Part shown: piece by piece, positions 1 through 13,475 of the stretch
Layout: each line of letters starts with the position of its first letter
Numbering within the stretch: position 1 is the stretch's first letter
Assembly (NCBI RefSeq): GCF_009914755.1
Contig: NC_060928.1
From: the human T2T-CHM13v2.0 reference genome, Homo sapiens
Length of the DNA stretch: 64,000 bases
Direction: 5' to 3' (one strand)
Made by a program: the position numbers and the translations under genes
Notes under the pieces: generated by a model
Told to the model about the DNA's origin: nothing
What the model saw: the letters and a program-made list of their open reading frames with translations, nothing else
The model's database searches: none

Positions 1-487
1 GTATGTCAACATGACCGAGCTTAGTATGCTTGGATAGTTGGTAAAACATTATTCCAGGTGTGTTTGTGAGGGTGTTTTTGGAAGAGAGAAATATTTGAAT
101 TGACAGATTGAATAAAGAAGATTACCCTCACCAGTGGTGGCAGGCATAATACAATCATTTGAGGGCCTGAATAGTGCAAAATTGCTTCCTACTTGAACTG
201 GGATGTCCATTTTGTCTTGTTTTCAGATGTTGGTGCTGTTGCTTTAGGACCTTCAGACCTGGATGGGGACGTATGATAAGGATCCTGGTTCTCAGGCCTT
301 CTGGTCTGCACTGTAGCTATACCTCCAGCTTTCCTGTGCTGTCAGTTTGGAGACAGCAGGTCATGAGACTTCACTGCATTCATAATTATGTGAGCCAGTT
401 TGTCATGGTAAATATGTATGTATGCATGTATGTATCCATCCATCCATCCTGTTGATTCTGTTTCTCTGGAGAACGCTGATTAAAACA
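1..487 (+). mobile_element. MLT2 (ERVL LTR; MLT2C/D-like), 5' end cut by window edge
   Basis: Matches recalled MLT2 consensus (gtcaac...aacattatt...gtgagggtgtttttggaagaga...gaggGcctgaatag) and ends with ctgtttctctggagaacgctgattaaaaca, resembling the MLT2 terminus ctgtttctctggagaaccctgactaataca. Confidence 0.85.
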
Positions 488-1837
488 CCTCTCTGCCTTC
501 AGAACCCTTTTTCTTTCCTCTGACGTATTAATACTTTGAATTTTATAGAGAGATATTACATGAGCAGATGTGGCAACATTATTGAATATAAAATGGTTAA
601 TTTTGCTGCATCACCCAATTTTCTTACTCTGATAAAAACTATAATGTAAGAAATGAGATAATAATTATAAGTGATTATGACAAGTGTAATAATAACATCA
701 CTTTTATGGGGAAATAAGGAAAAGCAATAATTTATAATGAAATAAAAACTAATGATCAACATACCTTTGCTGTGGTCAATAATTTAACTTGATGTTTAAG
801 AAAGCCAGTTTTATTTTTTTGAAGCTCCAAAGGATCTACTGCAATGTGATTTATTTCTGAAACACTGTGAAATTAATGAAAATATTATTTGTAGGGAAAA
901 ATGAGTTTACTTGCATTTGTAATAGGCTTTGCCAGAAGCAGCAGCTGTGCCTGTGTCAAGAATATTTCATGCTGAAAAATGGAAGGTTGATTTCTGCTGT
1001 TTTTCCTTTCTTTCCCCTTATTTTTGTCATTTATCATTTTGATGAAAAAGGGAATAATTTTAATTATTTAATTATAACATGGGGGAAGAATAATAGTGTG
1101 CCTAGAAATGCAGCTATGTCCAACTCAGTTTTAATATAATTTAGGTTGATTATCCCAGTCACTTGAGTTTGCCCCAATACTGTTAATTGTAAAAGATCAA
1201 TCAATCCTAACTATTAAATTCATATGAAAATCAGTTTCTGCTCTTCAGAAAAATGTCAGAATCTTATTAAGGAGGTAAGTTATGCTCTGATGTGTTCCAG
1301 ACTTAAGAAATAGGTGCAGAAATTGATACTTCAGGCATTTTCTATGAGCGCTTTCTACAGATTGCCTTTGTTTCATTGCTCAGTACACCTTAGGAATGAA
1401 TGTTTAACCTGTTTCGTATTATCCACAAAATTTTGAGTAAAATGATTAAATGTCCTCCAACAGTCATGTGATCTGTGATATCCCTGCCCCATGCAGAAAA
1501 AAAATATGTATATAAAATTACAAAAATGAAAGACAATATTGAGTTTATGTTATATTATACTTATATTACACCAGCATTAGGTAATTTTGCTTGAACATTC
1601 TTTTCTAATGCCCTCCAAGCAAGTATTTACCCGTGCTTTTTGAATTTTAGAAGGATTCGACATCAAACTTCCCAGTTTCAGTTGCTTAATTTCATCACAT
1701 ACCAGTTTATCTTTTTGAACATTAGTACACAAACTGACTCAAGTATACTTGCCTCCCTCCCATTTTTTATTATTTCTCAAAGAGCTATTATTTCTCAAAA
1801 GTGTTTCTTAAAATATACTTGTAGGTTCTCTTTTCCT

Positions 1838-2020
1838 GGAGAAAGAGCTCTGAATTCAAAAGATCTGTCTTTAAGTCCTGGGTCTGCTTCTTAACTCATC
1901 CAGGTCTTTAGGTAAGTCAGGTACAGTTGCTGTTTTCATCTGTAGAATGGAAATAAGAATACATTTCTCAGACAATTATTTAACAGTTATATGGAAAAAG
2001 GTCTGGGCTATGGCATAGTA
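1838..2020 (+). mobile_element. MIR SINE fragment
   Basis: gaaagagctctgaattc...ggtaagtca...tgttttcatctgtagaatggaaataagaatac resembles the MIR core (gtttcctcatctgtaaaatggggataataatac). Confidence 0.65.
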
Positions 2021-2145
2021 TTTGAAAAAAAATACAGGATATGGATAATAGTAAATCACTATATATATGTAAATCATTGTGTTAATGAGGATCTGTTAGT
2101 ATCCTTGAACACCAAATGTCTAGACTAAGTGTTTTGGCATTGTTT

Positions 2146-2460
2146 TATTTTATCTTATTATTATTATTATTATTATTTTGAGACAGAGTCTCACTCTGTT
2201 GCCCAGGCTGGAGGGCAGTAGCACACAATCTTGGCTCACTGAAACCTCCACCTCCTGGGTTCAAGCAATTCTCCTGCCTTAGCCTCCCTAGTAGCTGGGA
2301 CTATAGGCACACACCACTACATCCAGCTAATTTTTAGAGTTTTAGTAGAGATGGGGTTTCCCCATGTTGGCCAGATTGGTCTTGAACTCCTGACCTCGTG
2401 ATCCACCCACCTCAGCCTCCCAAAGTCCTGGATTACAGACATAAGCCACTGCGCCCGGCC
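2146..2460 (-). mobile_element. Alu (AluS, Sg-like) with (TTA)n tail
   Basis: Full dimer in antisense ending gcgcccggcc at 2460; tgacctcgtgatcc diagnostic; degenerate TSD tgttttggcattgttt (2130-2145) / tgttttggccttattt (2462-2477). Confidence 0.95.
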
Positions 2461-2944
2461 ATGTTTTGGCCTTATTTTATTAGAGTCAGTGGTTTTTTAA
2501 GTGTCTGTATTTATCTTGGGCTCAAATTTCCTTTATTTAATGATTTAATTTTTCAGTTTGAAGGTGATTCTCTCCTTCTCCCAACTCCTGTCTCTCTTTC
2601 TTGCCACTGATGATAGAAAATACATAAGAATAGATTTTTTCTATCTTTTCTGAATTCCCTGCTAACCTTGCCTAAAGCTTTAAGATGAGCCATTATTAGC
2701 TAATCTTAGCCTCAAATCTGTATGTAAACGAATACCATGTGCAACACTCATTTCATTGTGATATTTTAAACTTTTTTAAACATATTTTTAAATACTTGAT
2801 TCTTACTTAGAAAGCCTTTATGTCCCAATGTTTGTGCTGGTTAATAGCAAAGATACATAAACAGAGAGATTCACTCTTATGCATTTGCAATGGTCTCATT
2901 AAAAATTCAAGTATGTTCTTTTAAATTTAGACTACTACAAATTA

Positions 2945-3240
2945 TTTGTCTTTCATTCAAAAAGTGAACTATTATGTACCCAGTATTAGTAATGTAAAGA
3001 TGAAGCATACAATTTTTAAAGTATATCCAGTAGATAACGGTCTCATGGGAAAGAGAAATTGACTATTATGATTTATGATATAGAAGCAGAGAAAATAACA
3101 GCTCTGATTGAGTAAGTCTGATGGATTGAGAGGATTTTTCCCAGCGGAAGAGACATTTGAGCAGGGTTGAAGAGGATGAACAAAAGGAAAAGCAACAAAA
3201 GTATTAGAGATCCCGAGGTAAAGGAAACAATGCAAATATG
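2945..3240 (-). mobile_element. L2 3' fragment
   Basis: Starts ttcattcaa (reverse complement of the L2 tgaatgaa tail); gacatttgagcagggttgaagaggatga and gaggtaaaggaaacaatgcaaa resemble antisense L2. Confidence 0.5.
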
Positions 3241-3719
3241 AGAAACAAATCTACATGAGCATAAGCAGCGGAGATGAGGCAATAGAAAGCCATACACTTT
3301 TGATATGTCTCCCACCCCCAACCTCCAGCTTTTGCATCAGTATTGGCAAGAGTGAAGAGGAAGCTGAAGGCTTCATTTCAGCAATCCCTTTATCCCTTCT
3401 GGGTCAGTCATCAAGAAAAGCCTGTGACTCTCATATGCATTACTAAATCTTATCTTTCTTCTGGGCCTTATCCCCTGCCCTTTTTTTTTGAGAATGTGTG
3501 GTCTGTTACTGTCAAATGTTTTATATCCCAATGCTTTCTCAGAAAATTCCTTTTACTGTCTTGCTCTTATGGAAATATGATTCTCCCTTGAAGACATTGT
3601 TGTCCTGGATTCTCATACAAGTTGGTGACTATTTTATCTTAACATTTGTAAGCAATACCTGGCACAGAATATTAACGATGATGGATCTACTTGGAACATA
3701 TAATTGGGATTATCAATTA

Positions 3720-5010
<1,291 letters not shown>

Positions 5011-5179
5011 GTTCAAAATATTTTTAACTATTAAAAATAAAAGGGATAAAATACATATTTTTAAAAACAGTAAACATCAAAACTATGAAAAATGACTAGA
5101 AAATTTAACAAAAAATACATACGTAATTTGCAGAAATTAAAAATCATTGAATTTAAAATGTAATGAGAAATGGAAAGTT

Positions 5180-5555
5180 GCCCACATTGCTGTAGATCCC
5201 CCTTGTTTTGCCTTCTAATCACTCCCCATTGTTTCTTCCCCAAAGGCAACGGTTATCCTGATATTTAACATCAAAGTTATTTTTGCTTTTCTTGCTTAAT
5301 TTTATATAAATGAGACCATATATTATGCATTTTTACACTGCTGCCATTTTCTTCCCAAGATTAATTTGTGGGATACATCTACTTTGTTGTATGCAGTTAT
5401 AGTTTATATAATTTTATTGTTATATAATATTTTATTTATTAAATATGCAGCTGCCTCTCTATTCTAATGTTAATGAATAATGCTATGGTTTCAAATTATT
5501 TGACTATTGTTAATAATATTATGGGCATTCTTGTGCATGTCTTTGGTCACTGCAT
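5180..5555 (-). mobile_element. Old L1 (L1ME-like) 3' fragment
   Basis: cccaaaggcaac...atcctgatatttaacatca...tttatataaatgagaccatatattatg...cattcttgtgcatgtctttggt matches antisense L1ME 3' region. Confidence 0.6.
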
Positions 5556-6507
5556 AGGAAGACAGTATCTTGAGGCACACTAAGAAGAGCCTCTGCTGGA
5601 AAGGTAATCTACATTTTTGTAACCTATGGGGTATTTAAAGGTACCCTCCCTAAATTCTTATTCCACTTGGCCTCAATTATAACAAATCTCAGTTTATGGG
5701 AAGAGTTGAGGATTCTTTCAGTGACTATAGCCTGTAATCTTTCATTATAATGAGTTGTTTCTTATCCTTCAAATTTGAATTGATTCAAGCCTCTCTTTTA
5801 TGAGTATCTCTTTATAAAAAGCATGAAGTGTTAACAGAATATGCAAGGTTATGATAAAATGAACCCTACATACCTTAAATTAAAATAAAATAGAAAACTA
5901 GCCATATTCTAATATAAGAGCAGCCATTTTATAAAAAATCATACTCATAAAACCAAGAACATAGTGTTGTTACAGATCATTGCAAAGAAACATGAATAAC
6001 TCAGGGTCAGAGAGACAGAAAACATTTTCCCAGTGTCCCCTTGCCACTATTCCATGTAATCTGTGATAGAGTCCATAGCATGTGAAACTAAACTCAGCTG
6101 AAAAGAAAATCAGAAGGTTAATATTGGCATTATACCTTTTTACAGATGCAGGAAAATTTCAACAATGCAAATATCTCTCAGAGAATATCAATGATTAAGA
6201 TACTTTATATTCGTACAGTGATTGTACACACATTTAACAATATGTTACACTAAACAAACTATGCATCCACCCATACTCCATGTAATCCTTAATACTGTAC
6301 TTGGATAAAGGTATTCTTATTTTTATTCAATGTAAGAGAGAACCTTACATCTGTAACACATTTTCCACTCCCACTCCATCCTCCACAGAGGAGGGATCTG
6401 AGCAAACAGAGAGGCTATCCCACTTGTGAAAAGTGACATAATTTTCTCTGGTAAGATTTCTGAATGTAATTGAGAAAAAAGAATTTAAGGGCAATAAGAC
6501 CTATGAA

Positions 6508-6801
6508 GGTGGGGCATGGTGTCTCAGGCCTGTAATCTCAGCACTTTGTGGGGTGAGGTGAAAGTATTACCTGAGGTTAGGAGTTTGAGACCAGCCTGGC
6601 CAACATGGTGAAACCCCGTCTCTACCAGAAATACAAAAATTAGCCAGGCCTGGTGTCGCATGCGTAGTCCCAGCTACTTAGGAGGCTGAAGCAGGAGAAT
6701 CGCTTGAACCCGGGGGCGGGGGCGGGGGGTGTTGCAGTGAGCCAAGATCCCACCACTGCACTCCAGAGCAAGACTCCATCTCAAATTAAAAAAAAAAAAA
6801 A
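6508..6801 (+). mobile_element. Alu (AluSx-like)
   Basis: Sense dimer with cctgaggttaggagtttgagaccagcctggccaacatggtg, A-rich linker and poly-A; degenerate TSD ...tatgaa on both sides. Confidence 0.95.
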
Positions 6802-6884
6802 CAGGCATATGAAGCAAATAAATATTGATCCAATTGTGACAGATAAGAACCTTGAGAAGCTAGAATAATATTCCCTTATTATTT

Positions 6885-7018
6885 TCTTCACTATTTATTC
6901 ACCCAATATTTTCAAAACACTATGGTGTATCAGGCACTGTTCTTGGTGCTAGAACTATAAGAAGAACAAGATAAAATACTTGCCTAATAAAAATTGTGTG
7001 CAGTTACTGAAGACAGGT
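6885..7018 (-). mobile_element. L2 3' end fragment
   Basis: atttattcacccaatattt...cactatggtgtatcaggcactgttcttggtgctag...gaacaagataaaa is the antisense L2 tail. Confidence 0.65.
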
Positions 7019-7019
7019 A

Positions 7020-7525
7020 ATATATTTGATAGCATTGGTTACATAAGAAATCATTCCAAAATTTAAGGACTTAAAAAGTCAACTATTATTTAGCTTATAG
7101 TTCTCCAGGTTGACAATTTGGCTCAGGCCCAGCTAGTTGTTCATCCTGCTCTTGATCTGGTTCACCTAATCTCAACTGTGTTTGTTCATGGATCCTCTGA
7201 GCTGGTGGGGCTGCTGGTTAATGATGGTCTTGCCTAGGAGGGCTGGGGTAAATGGACATCACTTCACCTAGTCTCTAAGCACATGGCAGGCTAGGCTGCA
7301 ATTGTTTATTTACATGTTGTCAAGATTTCCAGAGTAGCATCAGAGCAAGCATCAGTGTTAAAGCACTTCCTAGGTCACTATTTATCTCATATTGCCTGCT
7401 AGCCTATTGGCCCAAGCAAGCAAAAGTGTTAGTTTATGAAAGTCCTTGTGTCAGGGGCTATTCAAGGGGGTTAGTATAGGGAAATATAAACAAACAAGAG
7501 AGTTATCATTGCAGCAATGTTACAT
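7020..7525 (-). mobile_element. MLT1 (ERVL-MaLR LTR; MLT1H-like)
   Basis: cataagaaatcattccaaaatttaaggacttaaaa...tttagcttatagttct...ggctcaggcccagct...attggcccaagcaag matches antisense old MLT1. Confidence 0.65.
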
Positions 7526-8741
7526 GGATAGTAAATAGGTACATAAGTAAATAAAAATATACCTTTAGCTGAGAAATATCAGGGTTTCTAGAAGAGTTAA
7601 CCATTTGATGACCTTAAAATGGCCAAGTATAAACTTGAAGTTATAAGGCATTCTGTTTCCTCAGTTTTGCAACAAGAGATAATTTAAAAAGTAATAGAAT
7701 ATATATACATATATATACACACTCACACACAACTGCTTGTGCAATGATCATTAAAGATGCTTTTAAAACTCCATGAAATACAATTATACTGGTAGAGAAG
7801 CAAATTTAAATATAGTATTAGAAAACAATAAGACTAGTTATCATATAAGTCATCAGAATTATCAATTTCACCACAATAAGTTGAGTCTTTCCTACTATGT
7901 AGCAAAAAACAATTCAACCCCACCCTTATGAAATATAGAAGCACCTGGTCTCTTTCAAAATGAAATACTTAAAGATGCTATGAGAAAACTTTCATTTCTT
8001 AGCTTGTCACTGAGATGAAACAGACACTGCAGTTGATGCAAGCACAACTTATTACAAATGTCATAGACATTTTTCTTACAAATTTTATCGTTCATTCAAA
8101 AATCCCTCAAGCATAAATTATGTATGTAATAATGGAAAGTGGAGAAGAGTTTATTCTCTGTGCTTAGTAGAGAGGCTTTATAATCTCCATGTCTATTCCA
8201 CTGATAAATGATGCTTTTTTCAATTCACTGATAAGAATACTTTCATTTTTTTCAAGAATGAGCAGGAAATAATAATGGCAAATACAAAGCAGATAGTTCT
8301 TTTTATTCATATTGACTGAACATGTGTAAGAGAGTTGACAACAGCTTAGGTAAAGTGGAAAGCCCTCGGTGTAGTTCATAAAAACATTCCACTAGAATAT
8401 AAAGGTTGTTTCCTAAATAATTAATGTTGAGAAAGTCTTTTAAGCTTCCAGGGTCTAATCTTCCTCATTTCTTAAAAAAAGTGATTATAATAATCAAATA
8501 TAATACTGTATAATCTGAGAAGTTACCAAGTATCTTCTTTATTATTTTTAAATTAGTTTATAAATTTATACCACATTCAACCTTACTTTACTAAGTATAA
8601 GCAAATCACATTGAGAATTACAAAAATTCCAGATGCATAGATTCTTCACAGACTTTATATACTCCAGTGGGAAATATGAAAGACTTAAGTTGTTAACCAT
8701 AATATCAACATAAGGACAATATGAATGGGAATATTCAGTGA

Positions 8742-8918
8742 ATTAATTATGTCACAGAAATATGTGACATAATTAATAATTATAATTATATGTAACATAA
8801 TGTGTCACAGGAATATGTGACATAATTAATAATTATAATTATAATTAATTGTAATAATTATAATCAATAATTATAATTAATTGTAATAATTATAATCAAT
8901 AGTTATTATAATAATAAT
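8742..8918. repeat. AT-rich low-complexity block with a 15-bp inverted repeat and two tandem duplications
   Basis: Arms 8742-8756 and 8763-8777 are exact reverse complements; a 41-bp unit occurs at 8750-8790 and 8803-8843 (1 mismatch); a 32-bp unit occurs at 8837-8868 and 8869-8900 (exact). Confidence 0.9.
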
Positions 8919-8954
8919 CCCAAACTATTTTCCTAGTACTATGTATCTAGGTAT

Positions 8955-9155
8955 TAGAAAAAGAGTACTGAATTGAGAATGAGAAGGTTGGAATTCTGAC
9001 ATAAGGTCTGGTAACAATATATGTCATTAGGAAAATCATCAATTTTATCAAACATACTCTTTTTGGTTTCTTTCTCAGAGTGCTGTTTTTCATACTTGCA
9101 AAGTGAACATGTTGATTTAAATGAAGTTACAGTTAACCTTCTATTTTCTCTTTCT
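8955..9155 (+). mobile_element. MIR/MIR3 fragment
   Basis: gaaaaagagtactgaattgag...ctgtttttcatacttgcaaagtga...aaatgaagttacagttaaccttct resembles a highly decayed MIR3. Confidence 0.4.
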
Positions 9156-9724
9156 GTGATTCCGAGTCTCTTCAATTTTCTTCTACATGAAGAAACATGT
9201 CATCCCTAGCTTTGGAAAATTTATTTGACTGAAGTTTGTTTATTTAGATAAATTATTATCCCAGCTTAGATATAACCAAATGCATAAAAAGTATGAAAAA
9301 TTGAAAAATAAAAAATAGGCTCATAATAATTCAACAAAGCTTGGGGTATTTTCTTAGTGTTCTTTAGGAGAATAGATATTCAATACCTGTTTCCAGGTGA
9401 GTAATTATCAAAGAGTTTTTGTTGTACAATATTTTACTTAATGGATATATAGAACAGAGATATGCAATTGCTTGTGTTCTTTCTCAGGGTTGGGAATTAC
9501 ATAAAACAAAAGGTATTAGATTGTTCTGCCAGTAGTTCTTCTAGCATGCTATCCCAATGCAGGTGCCAACTGTATGGGAATTGGGCGAATCTGCATCTGA
9601 TTACATACATTGAAATAAATGATGTGTTTTAAGTCAACATATAGCCACTTGATAATTCAGATTGAGAGCTCCTTTCTTTTTGCTCCTTATTTTATTCCAG
9701 TTACTGCTTCCACAGTCCTTCATT

Positions 9725-11635
9725 TTACAGTTTTAATAAACTTTATTGAGAGATAATTTGCATACAATAAGTGCACCTATTTTTAAGTATATAGTTCAAC
9801 TAGTTTTGACAATTGTAATCCACAATGTAGTCTCAATAATAATCAAGATATAAAATATTTGTACCACCATATATTCAATAAATTCTACCTGACTCTGGAC
9901 CCTGGCAACCACTGATTTTCTTTCTGTCACTATAAATTAGTTTTGTATGTCCTATACTTTGATATAAATGGAACTACAGAAGTCTTACTCTTATGTGTTA
10001 ATTTATTTCACTCAGTATAATGTTTTAGAAATTCAGTGATATTTTTGCATGCATTGGTATATTGTTATTTAAGTTAATGAGCAGTATCACATCCTTTTGC
10101 TATACCATAAGTTATTTACCAATTTATCTGTTGATGGACATTTGGACTGTGCTGAGTTCTGGAGTTTTAATAAAGCTACAAGAAAAATCCATGAAAAAGT
10201 ATTTGTGTAGACATGTTTTCAGTTATTTAAAATAAAAAGCCACAGAATAGACTCGCTGGGTGGAATGGCAAGGATAGTTTTAAATAAAAAGAATGTGCCA
10301 AACTATTTTCCAAGGTAGTTGCATCATTTTATAGTTCCACCAGTAACGCTTGAGACTTCTAGTCAGTCCACATGTTTGTCGATGTAAAGACTGTCATTCC
10401 TTTTATGTTAGCTGATTTTGTAGATATATAATAGCCTAAATTTGCATTCTCCTAATGAATAATAGTGTTAAGAAATATTTATGTGTATGGATATTTTATT
10501 TTTTGTTTTGTAATGCAGCTGTAAAGATTTCTTTTTCTATATTTGATGTTGTGTTCTCATTACTTATTTGCATATCTTTGCTTCTTTATATATACTTAAT
10601 ATGCTGGATACAAGTTTTTTGTCATATATGATTTATAAATAATGTCAATAATAGGTATCTTAACTAATTTCAATGTATATAATAATTTAGAAATAAAATT
10701 TTATTCTAGTATATGGCTTGCCTTTATCTTGAATATATCTACAAAGAACAGAATGTTTTAATTTCAATACATTCAAATTTATTAATTTTCTTTTTTCATA
10801 TGAGTGCTTACTCTATGCGAGTTAAGCAACCTTTACTTATGCCAAAGCCACAAAGATTTTCTGTTTGCAGAAGTGTTTTATAGAGCAAATTATTCCATTA
10901 GGTTTATTATTAATTTCAAGTTAATTGTTGGTATGGTTTGAGGAAAGGAAGAGGGTAATACTTTTTTCCCCTACAGAAGCTCAGTTGCTTTAACAGCATT
11001 TGTTGAAGAGATTACCTTTTAGACATTACATTTCCTCAACTATTTGGTGAAAATAAGGTAACAGTGAATGTGTGCATCTGTTTATGGTTCTCTATTTTAT
11101 TCCATTCTTCTACATGTCTATCCTCACAAATGCCACAAGGTCTTGGTTACAGTGCCTTTATATAAAACTTCGATTCAGGTATTGTAGTCCTTCAACTTTA
11201 TCCTTTACTCCATCATTTTGACTACTCTGTTTTCTTTGCATTCTCATATGAATTTTGGAAACAGCTTGCCATTATTTATTTATTTTTTTTGAGACGGAGT
11301 CTGTCGCCCAGGCTGGAGTGCAATGGCGGGATCTAGGTTCACTGCAAGCTCCGCCTCCCGGGTTCACGCCATTCTCCTACCTCAGTCTCCTGAGTAGCTG
11401 GGACTACAGACGCCCGCCAACACGCCCGGCTAATTTTTTGCATTTTTAATAGAGACGGGGTTTCACCGTGTTTGCCAGCATGGTCTCAATTTTCTGACCT
11501 CGTGATCCACCCACCTTGGACTCCCAAAGTGCTGGGATTACAGGCGCAAGCCACCGCACCCGGCCAACAGCTTGCCAATTTATTAAACAAAACTTGCTGA
11601 GATTTTTGTTCAGATTAATTTGAATCTATAGGATA
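9725..11635 (-). mobile_element. Old L1 (L1ME1/L1MB-like) 3' portion, interrupted by AluY
   Basis: ctttattgagagataatttgcatacaataa...cctggcaaccactgat...tttctgtcactataaattag...gttgatggacatttgg...cagcatttgttgaagagatt...gaatctatag matches antisense L1M 3'UTR and ORF2 end. Confidence 0.85.
11272..11565 (-). mobile_element. AluY
   Basis: AluY diagnostics actgcaagctccgcctcccgggttcacgccattctcc and caccgtgtt; many CpGs retained; 12-bp TSD aacagcttgcca at 11260-11271 and 11566-11577. Confidence 0.97.
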
Positions 11636-11744
11636 AAACCAGAAAGACAGTGATAATCTCACTAGAAATTACTTCTTCAGATATTTAGAAAATCGCCCAG
11701 TCCAGAGGTTGCTAAATCTGGAACAGGCTCATTTGACATGTAAG

Positions 11745-11970
11745 GTATGATATCATGGGTTAGAGTATGACCCTGACTGGGCTTGCCTAAGTTTGTTCTT
11801 GAATTACTTATTGTTTACATAAACTTGAGCAATCAAGTTCTTCAACCTCTGAGTGCCTTCATTTCCCATTTGTCCAATGGGGTTAATAATAGTGACTATC
11901 TCGCAGAGATGTTTTAAGGCTTAAATGAGTCAATATTTGTAAAGTAGTTTTAATGGAACTTGGCAAATAT
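11745..11970 (+). mobile_element. MIR
   Basis: ggttagagtatg...cttgagcaa...aacctctgagtgccttcatttcccatttgtccaatggggttaataatagt...ttaaatgagtcaatatttgtaaag. Confidence 0.75.
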
Positions 11971-13269
11971 TGTTTCATTTCATTTTTTTCTGTTGAAATT
12001 ATTCCTGTACTCTTTGCCATTCTTCCATAAAGGATAAGAAAAATATTAATTATTAATTAAAAATATTAACTTATTAATTGAGAAGTTTGTGGCATCAGAT
12101 ATATTGTTAAAACTTTTTAATATAAAGTCATACCATTTAAAACTCTACATCCTACTGAGGGATTTAAAAGTAGTAAAATAAAACATAAGAGAAGAAGTAC
12201 TACATAGAAATACAAAATGCGGTTAATAATGCTGGAATACATAGAACCAATATAAAGACACAATAAGATTAGAATCAATTAAAATTATATTCCTTTGAGA
12301 AGTGAGAAAGTCAACCACCTATTCTTGAAATACATATCTATATTTGTATTGACCATCCCTCTACATCTTATTCTTTTTTTCCTTATATTCAAACAACACA
12401 TAATAATAGCAGAGCCTTTGGTAAGAAAGAAATTAATGAAATTCAAGAATCTAGAAAGATTTATTTTGTTGTTTAGTGAGAAGGGTCTTCAGAGCTGCCA
12501 CAAACCTGTGAGATAAAGAGTGCCTTCGGTCACATGTGCAGGCATGCACTTAGCTCTCCTGGTTAAAAATTGCTTGTGCCTAGAGATCATCACAATTCCT
12601 CATTAGGAATCTAGGAGGCAGTTTTAGAATTGCATAGCTTGTTTAAAGGCTCTAGAAATAAGACACAAAGGACCTTTGTTTTTCTTTTCTTTTTGGTTTT
12701 GTTAGTATTTAGCTAAAGGAGAAACACAGGTAGTTCTTACAATTTTCTGTGTGTCTCAGTCCCAGGGAGAATTTTTTCAGGAGGAGAAACCTATACATAA
12801 TTCTGATTCATCAGAGAAAGAATGAACTGAAAGTTGCCACTAATCTTTAGCATCAAAATATTAAATAGTTTATTAAGAGAAATAATGGGTGAAATAACTT
12901 AGAAGTTTATCTGCAAGGCAAACAAGTAGCTGGCCTTTTGCAGCATTATGCTTTTTTCTGAAATCACAGGTTAACAAAATAGAGTGTCATCTATTATAAT
13001 CTGAAAGAACAAGAACTGTATGAGATATAGCTGTCACATTCAGATATGGGAATGTTCTTTATTAACAGCTTCTTTGCATTAGATGTCTCATTAGGAGCCT
13101 GCTTATCTGTGATGGCCATATAAATAAGATGGATGGCAAAGAAATAGCTGTAAATATAATGGAAATTTCAGTTATAGCAGTAGGACATTTGTGACATGCA
13201 CTCTGATGTCACATAGCAAAGTTGTATGGTGTTTGTTAACCATAGTAAAGGCAAAGAAGTACACAGAAA

Positions 13270-13475
13270 ATGAATTTAGAATGGGCTCAGAATTGAGGTT
13301 TATATTTCAATTACATTATTTGCTTTTTGAGAAAAAACTGAAGACTTAAACCTCATCTGTTGAGATCTGGTTTCCATAATTTTGAAGTAGAAATAATGAA
13401 GGTTTTGCTTTCTATGCCCAAAATACTATATTAAAGTGTAAAGAAGATAATGTGTGTGAAATATTTCTGTAACCC
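13270..13475 (+). mobile_element. MIR fragment
   Basis: Decayed core: ctggtttccataattttgaagtagaaataatga...aagataatgtgtgtgaaa. Confidence 0.45.

Noticed and set aside
13190-13213. 8-bp inverted repeat tgtgacat/atgtcaca (also a 9-bp one at ~42394-42418)
   Set aside because: Arms this short are expected by chance in 64 kb.
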